Source: Lytechinus pictus (lineage: Eukaryota). From it: 64,000 nucleotides of DNA. The stretch spans positions 27,716,001 to 27,780,000 of the forward strand of contig NC_087245.1 of assembly GCF_037042905.1 (NCBI RefSeq), given 5' to 3'. Positions 40,901-49,900 of this stretch are shown here, one piece after another. Under the pieces are notes generated by a model, which worked only from the letters and a program-made list of their open reading frames with translations, was not told the DNA's origin and ran no database searches. A program made the translations under genes and the position numbers. Position 1 is the stretch's first letter, and each line of letters begins with the position of its first letter.

Positions 40901-43900
40901 GCTTTATACACGTAAGGCCTCTGAGCTAAAGGCGCAGTGCTGCTGCAATATTCTTCTTTCTTTCAATAATTTTTCTTTATTTTCATAGATAAACGCTGGA
41001 AAATATTGTTACATTTTTGTATTTTCGCTAACTTCTGTGGCGTTGTACAACACATATAGTGAATATTCTTATTTGTGCAATGGTGCTACTTTACGCATTT
41101 GGTGAAAGAAACACTCTACAGTGCGTATAAAAAAAAACGGGACAGATTTGAAAAGTCTTTAAAATTTTTGTTTCAAATTATGATGTCTATATTTTGGTGT
41201 TAATATGTGCTCTAAGGTCTTATCTTTCAAATGCTATTAAAAAAAATTAGTTTCGTTCATGAACACGGAATGTTTTTGTCTGGGGTTAAAAAGGAGGCTT
41301 GCGCCAAAATGGCATAAAATTATTAATATGATGATCAGACTTCTTGACCTTTTCATTATCTTTGCCATAATTTTCAAATCATGCGGTCAAAATTCATTTT
41401 CAGATCTATTTATTTGCTTGTATTGTTCTATTGTTGTTTCTTTTTAATATGCTCTCTGTTAACTTTGAATATTCCTTCTCCAAGCTAAAACAATTTTGTT
41501 TCAACCGAAGTATGGGAGAGCGTGGATTTTTTTTTCAAATCCTTTCATGGTGTGCTACAAATGTTATGATGCCTTTTGAACAGTGCCACACAGATGGGCG
41601 GGGGCTCGTAATGCTCCCCCCCCCCCTCAATTAAAAAAAAAATCATGACCAAGAAAAACAGTGGACAGGAAATAAAAGGAAAGATAGGAAGTAAAATATG
41701 ATATTATTTTCTGAATATTATGTCAAAATCTATCACAAAATTTGATATTGTAATAAAAAGTGGAAATATTTGCGTGCTCACTTCGCTCGCTCACAACTTT
41801 TTAATACATATTACCCGATCTGCCATATCTAACTCCTTCAAAATTGACTCAATACACCATTGTCATTGAAAGACATGAATCCCTTCCTGTGTTTCCTGTC
41901 AAGCAATTAAACTTGGTCAAGGAATCAATGACCCCTTGAAAAATAGATTCATCTCTTTTAAAGGTACATAATTTGTTTCACATAATAAAAGGATTTGAAT
42001 AATCACAAGTTTTACCCAATTAATAATGCAAATCTTCTTACTTGGGTTGACAAAAAATCTTTTTTTCTCAGTTACTTATGAAGGAAAATTAAAAGGTAAG
42101 AGAAGTTTAAATGAAAAAATAAATAATTCAAGTAAATAAATAAATTTGTAAATAAAATTTGACAGCATAATTCAAAAATTGTGGCACAGATAATCAAAAG
42201 GTCAAGAGGAAGTCTCCTGATTAGCAAGAAGTCTGATCATCATATTACTCATATTCTGCAATTCTGGCGCAAGCCTCTTTTTGAACCCCCAACAAAAACG
42301 TCCCTTGTTCGCTCAAGCATGAACAAATTTTTTTTTTTTAATTGCATTTCAAAGATAAGACCTTAGAGCACCTATTAACACCAAAATATAGACATCATAA
42401 TTTGAAACAAAAATTTTATAGACTTTTCAAATCTGTCCCGTTTTTTTTTATACGCACTGTATTCAACTCAGCTTTGCTGCGTTGAATAGTGCATCTTTCT
42501 TACACCTCATACAAAATCTCATACCATTACACTCCTGCCTATTTGCTATTTGTATAGTTGTGGATTCACTGTTTTCTATACCGATATGTTTCCTGAAAAC
42601 CTTTTATCATACTTCTGTACAATTTTCTTAGAGGTGTATTTGAGATAGTATGGGATATATCGCAGTTTTTGTTTCACATAAATTGAAATTGTTATAGATC
42701 ATGACATTGCAGGATGATTCAATATCATTTTATTCAATTCAATATCAGTATCTTCATTTGATAAATTTGTCAAGTCTTGGTTGTTTTTTTTACAGAATTA
42801 TGTGCAGTGCAGTCTGAAGCCCACATGGGACTGGCTGGTGTGTGTGATGAACAGTACAGAGGCTCAGCTACGATACGGCAAGGCATTGATGGGAGCTACT
42901 GATCCTTCGCACCCATCCCATCCAATGCGCAGTCAGTACATGCGGACCTTGAGGGGAGCAGCCCGCGATGCAGCAGCCAGGGAAGAGACGGCCTACCAGC
43001 ACTCCTTGGAGAGCAGAAGACGAGGAACCCACAACAACACAGAGGAACACGGCTCCATGATGGACTACTTGACCTATGTGCTATCACTCATGAGATCGCA
43101 TAACAGCGAACACTTGGGATCACTCCCAATGCTGGACATTGCTGCCATGAAGCACATTGCCTATGTTCTGGACTCCTGCATCTACTTCTTGCGTTGCTTT
43201 GAGCGCGAGCCACTCTCTGAACCCTCTCAGGCATCCTCAAGCAAGCGTTCCTGGTGCTTCTCCCAGGACGTTGATGGAGGCGAAACCAGCGATTCCAACA
43301 TGGATGTTGACGGGGCAGAGGAAGATCGGTTGGCAACGTCAGGTCGCAAACATCCATTCTTTGTTCGATCGGATTCAACCACCTTCCTAGGTTGCCCACC
43401 ACCTGATCCAATAGAGACCCCTCTCTCAGAAGCCCTACCCCTGGCTGATAGACCTCACCTACTGCAGCCAAGTGCCACCAAAGAACAGCTCTTCGGAATG
43501 CCTCAGAATCCAGTCCTTCCTACAGACTCTGAAGTAGCTTTAGGTGAGTTCACGGGCAGATTATGTAGTTATGTATATTTTGCTTGATGTTCCATTTATT
43601 TTTTTGTTAACTCTCATCAATATAAGGAAATCCTTTATAATTATTACTTCAACATCTTGATACTAACATCTCTCTTCTTTGCATTGGTAGAAGTTTTAGG
43701 TTAAATGTTTCATAGAGTACTATACGTATTCGTGACAGATATGTGTATACCCCTGGAAGTCGAGGAAAGCACCATCCATAAGCAACTTTAAATTAAAGCT
43801 AAAACACATATATTTCATTAATAAGTATTTTAAGAGTCTTATATAGCGAAGTAGTATATACTTTAGTAAATAGTTTTTGCGCTCTATAAATCTAATCGAC

Positions 43901-46900
43901 ATATGTTCAGCTAATATTTGCGGAAGTGCATCAGTCTTGAGGAAAATGCTGCACATGTTTCATCATATTTCTGATAAACTTTTTCATTGATTCATAGGCC
44001 ACAACCAATCGGTGACAGTACACCAATCTTTCTTGGAGATCCTACCCACACAGATGAGTGTGTCCCAGCGTCAGGTCTTGGGTCAGCCAGGCATGGATGA
44101 TGACCAAGAAGAGGAAGAAGATGAAGAAGATGGGATAGAAGAAAGTGAGGATGGAGCTGCAGCTGGACCGTCCACTCTGCCATCCGATGGGCCACCAGCC
44201 CCTCAGGCTCAAGGTGAAGGGGAGAGAACAGAGACTCAAGAATCCTCCTCGGTAACATCAGGTAAGAAGATATTGTGAAATTGTATAAATTTTGGATGTA
44301 TGTGCATTTCAAATTTTAATAACATGGTATAGATCAATCTAGTTATGGATTTAGAAATTAAGTATAGTCCCACATTTAGAATTTCATGGTGTTGACTGAG
44401 TGTAACACCATTAAACAATCTTTCAGAGTCGTAAAAGAAGTATATACAGTGTATTCTTCATTTCCTTGATAGTTTTCCAACTAAATCAGAACAATTTTAT
44501 GGAAAAATGTAAGATGATGTTAAGTGTGAAATTTCAGCAACCTTAGGTGAAGGGTTTGTCAAAATAGGTAAAAGTTTATGCTTAACAGTCATTTAAACAG
44601 CGTTTGAATGTTTTGACTTGGCCCTAGGCTATTCTTAGTCCCTTTTTTTTTTTAACTCAATGAACTTATTTTGAAAAACAAATGTGGAATGTCTAAACTT
44701 CTGTTACAGGTGCAGTTTCAGCAGCCACAGGATCAACACTACCTGTAAGCCAGAGCTTAGGAGAAAGCAGTGACCTGTATCAGCCATCAGGACCATCATT
44801 TTCATCAAGCAGCTTCTCTGGTCAACCGTCGGATTACAGTCAATCCAGTGCCGCATCGGCAAGTGCTGCATCAGCAGCAAAGCCCATCTCCCAAGATCAG
44901 CCTAGGAACTTGAGTGGAGTGATCCAGGGTTCTTCTGCTCAAGGAAGTCCTGGACCGTCACATGGAAGTGAAAGTGAAGGTGGTGACTCTGTGCCAAGTG
45001 CTTTAGATGTTGCAGGAAGCAGTAGCAGCCAGGCATCCTCAGCAGGACCTTCTGGTGTTACCACTGCAGGAGGTGCTTCTGCAACAGTTGTAAGCGTGAT
45101 TCGTACTACTGGATCAGTAGATAAATCTGCAGGAGATCCTCAAGCTCATAGCTCAGGAAGTAGAGAACCATTGGTCAATCAGCCAGGGCCAGTAAGGGTG
45201 TCTGAGATACCTCTTCCTCCAGACCCTGTAAGGGACAGCAGTGATGAATTCTCTGGTGCTAGTAGGAATGTTAGTTTGGGTGCTCTCTTCCATGTTGGAG
45301 GAGAAGAATCCGTACAAGCTAGTCCAATGAACCTATCTGAATCTGCCCATAGTGGACAGGCTGCAGAACCTTCGGCTTTAGAGTTGTCCAATCATGAGAC
45401 CGGTGAAAGGAGTCGTCCGACATCAGCTACAAGAGACCTTGATGGAGCCGATCCTGAAGATGGAGGAAGAAGGAAATCTTCAGGAAGAGGAGGTCCAACA
45501 ACAATCACTGTTGACAGAGCTGATATACAACCTGTTAGCGACATTGATCAAGTCATTAGACTCACAAGGTACAGATATTAATGCTTGTAGGTTTACCATA
45601 ATTGATAAGATAATTATAGGACAGTTGCCGTATGTGCCATATTCTGAAACATCTAACATACCATTAATAGATCATAACGTTTGTTAAAGTAACCCATCTC
45701 CACAGAAAATAGTAGTAACCCAAGTTTCTTTTTATTGACAATGATTTCATTAATGTAGGCCGCTGTCTCCGCTGCTGTCAGCGGACATGTTACTTGGTAG
45801 ATGGCGTCTGTGTCTCGAGCTCTTTGGCCACGTCTTCCTCGAGGATGTTGGGGCTGAGCCAGGGTCTGTCCTCAGTGAGCTAGGAGGGTTTGAAGTCAAG
45901 GAATCTCGCTTCAGAAGGGAGATGGAGAAACTCCGCAACAACCACACATCCAAGGATCTCACGTTAGAGGTATGCCCATTATGGAATGTCCTTATTTCTT
46001 AAAGATCAAAACTGATTTCATGAGAATGTCTGTAAAACGAAGATTAATTGTTACTCTATCATCGTAGATCTAGATCTGGTAAAGTTATGTAAACTGAATT
46101 TTGTGAAATCATATCTAAGCTGAAATATCATCACTTTATATATAAGCACATGTGGGCCAGTGACCCAGTGTATTATCATTGCTTGTAAGAAGACACGACA
46201 TCTGGCTTGAATGGCTAATTTCTCAGCAATTACGCAATTTCTTCCGGAATCACTTGGCACATATTTTGTTTTTATAACACATACATGTACACATTGTTGG
46301 TCATTTTATTGGATTTTGTACAAATTAAATTTCGACTTTGTTACTGTAACTGTCATGTAACTTTAACCCATGTGTTGCATAATTCTGTATGCGTATAGAC
46401 TTTGCTTAGTGTTCAGATGGTTGCCTGTACTAACCTTTTTCAATGAAAAATAAAGTGCATCACAGATATGATGATGATGAAACTGCAATAGGTGTTGCAG
46501 AGTATGTTAAGTAAATAATTTAACCCAATGATAATTAATTTTCGTTTGAGTATATGCAGTGTGACTTAAGATACACTTTCATTGTTGATATTCAGGTGGA
46601 GCGCTCTCGTGACCTGCTTATACAGCAGACCATGCGCCAGCTGAACACTCACTTCAACCGCAGGAGCAGTAGCAACCTTGCTGGCCTGCCACTTGCTGTA
46701 CACCGGGTGAAGGTGACCTTCAAGGATGAACCAGGTGAAGGTAGTGGGGTAGCAAGGAGTTTCTATACAGCCATTGCAGAAGCTCTGATGTCTCAGGAAA
46801 GATTACCCAATCTAGATGATTGCCAGGGCTCCAACAAGGGACCGCAATACAGTAAGTTTCTCTTTTTAAGTGTTTGTAGTTTTCAATGTGGTGAAGTGGA

Positions 46901-49900
46901 TTTATTTTGAGTATAGTGGAAAATGGTTGTTCGTTGAATGTATAGTTTTGTTGGACTGAACTTTGACATATTCGGGTACCTGTTTTAGTATAAAATTCTT
47001 ATCTTATCTCCCTTATCTCTGCTTTGCACAGTATTATGTGGGCAGTATTATATGTCACACCTGTTTTCATCCCTATTCATATTATTGATACATCAATTTT
47101 ATGATCTGATTAGGTCTAATCCAGAGGCTTCGAAGCAGGGAGAGGGAGAGGGAACGTCAGCGCCGCTCTGAACTGCGGACAGGCAGTGGACGAATGGCCC
47201 AGAGTTTGGACCGTGATAGGAACACCCTGTCCTATGATGCAAGGCCATTCTACCCTCGGGATAGTGCCAATTCTGATGACCGCAGTGCTGACTATGAGCC
47301 GCTTCCACCATCCAAGCAGGCTCTAGGTGAAAGGCTTTTCCCAAGGGTTTATGCTCTACAACCAGTGAGTTCATTGCCTTTTATCTTTACATGCAAATAG
47401 ATCCTTAGCTTGATAGGCACTGCCCTGTATTTTGTGAAGATTATTCATTGCAGTTTGTAGTTTGCTTGCTTGCCTATCTGTATATTGAATGAAGGTGTTA
47501 CGAAGATTAGCTCCCATTCTCTTGTTTTGTTCATTGTGAAAGGTGGTAGAATATACAAGAATAGAGATGACGTGCACATAAAATTGGCATTTCTTTTCAT
47601 ACATACTTCTATTCAACCATCACAATGTATTGGTAGTGTAAAAGTGTGTACGAATAAATATTCTTTGACTTACACTAATATTCTAAGAAAGCACTTAACA
47701 ATAAAGGTTCAGCAAACCAAATGGAGTGTTGAGAGTGAGTCCAAGAGTGTTAACATCCATGGTACCTGTATATGATGAATTTTCTTCAAAAACATTCCCT
47801 ATATTTTTCTCAAATTTCTACACTAATGACAGTCCCCTTTTCCAATACTGTTTATTGTAAACGACACATTTGTTGAGTCTGAAATTCATATTTGTTTATG
47901 TTTTGTTTGTGAAAGAATTTGTCAATTTGACATTCTGGCTGTATTTTTTTAGCTTTGATATCTCAACTTACTATCAAACATGTATCGTTCTATACAGTCC
48001 TTGGCCAGTATGATCACAGGGATGCTATTGGAGCTACCACCGGCTAGACTGCTACTGTTACTTGCCAGCGAGGAATCTCTCAGGGAACGGGTGGAGGAAG
48101 CTGTCGATATCATTCTCTCTCGTGGAAGGTAACACTTTTCCTTCTCCCTATAACTTATGATTGATCATTAAAATTATTTTTTTATGATTGATTGATTGCA
48201 CTTGAGTATCAGTGTAATTAGTCGTGAAAATTTGTTGTATGAAGAATGGAGTTAGGCGTTTTGTACTATTTCCTATTGGAAAGTCTTGGTAACACTTGTT
48301 TTTGTCCCCATATCTGAGTGATTGATCATGGGACCGATTTTTATGATTGCACATAATATGTAATCGATCATAAAAGTCAGTTGCATGGTCAGTGCAACTA
48401 GGCTTTTCTGTTCCTTTTTTTTTTAATCTTGCAATCGCCGCACCTTTAATTGATAGTGCTGCTAAATTATTTTACCTCAGTAGTTGAAAGATGCTGATAC
48501 TTGCGGAGTCAGATGTCTTTTAATGTTCTACAGATATTTAATGGTGGAACAAAAATGCTTTAAATCATGTTCATTGTCGTCCTAATCATCATCATCATAA
48601 TCATCATCGTCATCGCCATTATCACCATCATCATCAAGAGATATAAGAAAGCTACATTAAACATAATTTAATTGGTTTAATATCCATCGTTAAAAAGAAT
48701 GTTAAAAAGTAGGTAAAACTCCCAACATGAAAATTTTTTTGGAAAGTAATCTATTGAATATTGATAATCTATTATCCATTCCTTGTCCTTACGCCACAGC
48801 CGGGACGACCCTACAGACAGCAGCCGTCTAGACCTTGACATCTTTGGTCTTGGAGAGAGAGAGAAGAGCAAGAATGAGAGCAGCGGATCAACATCTTCGG
48901 CCATGGCGATAGAGACAGAGGACTGTGACGATGCCGATCGTGATGGTGAGGCATTGTTCTTTCAGCCCGGCAAGAGGGGTTTCTACTCCCCAAGACCGGG
49001 CAAGAACTCTGGGGAGAGACTCAATGTCTTCAGAAATGTCGGCAGGTACGTCATCGTTTGCTCTCAATGCAAGAAATGCAAGCAGACACTTATTCATTTC
49101 TAGATATTGCCGTTATTGGTTTAGAGTTCATTTCATTCGTTCCTGATATTTTAATCCTATTGAGATGGAGAGTGTTTTGAGCTTTGTGGACTTGAATAAT
49201 TTGGTCTTTTTTAGCTGAGCTCAGATATGAGACCTCTGTGTCTGTTTATCAGGTATGTGTATTTACATGTACACAGTTGTAATTTATTAGTATCAGTGCT
49301 AGCATTTTAACCTGTTTGTATAATTTGTCTTGGTCCTGTTACATAAATCTTAGTGATTGATCATAAACAGCAATTAATGCAATCAATCATGGAAATCAGC
49401 TCCACAAACAATCACTAAACTCTATGTTACATGGCTTTTGAGTCTTGATTTTAATTCAGTTCAGTATTCATTGTCCACATTGAAAATTCACTTTGTTTAA
49501 ATGTCGATACATAATATTCATATATCATTGGTAACTATGCTTAGAGCTATCCTTTGTTCTATATAGAAGCAAAACATTTGTATATCATTTTGTGTTTTCT
49601 ACTTTATATACCAGGATATTGGGCTTCTGCTTGCTTCAAAACGAGCTGTGTCCCTTGACCCTCAACCGACATGTCATCAAGTTTCTCCTTGGAAGAAAGG
49701 TTAGTCCGTATGTTATGAGGTCACCTTGCATTCTTTGTCATTCCCTTCTCAAAGTTTGTAGTAATAGGTGTACTACACTTAAATTATACTAAAAACAAAA
49801 ATGTGTGATGAATATTTCTGAAAAAGAAAAGGAGTTGTCAGGTGGATAACGTTTTGTATCTGACCTGAACATACTTGGGGAAAACTTAGCTCATGAATAT

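Noticed and set aside
47772..47882. Possible C/D box snoRNA (ATGATGA ... CTGA) in an intron
   Set aside because: No convincing terminal stem or recognisable rRNA/snRNA guide; such motifs are common by chance in AT-rich DNA.
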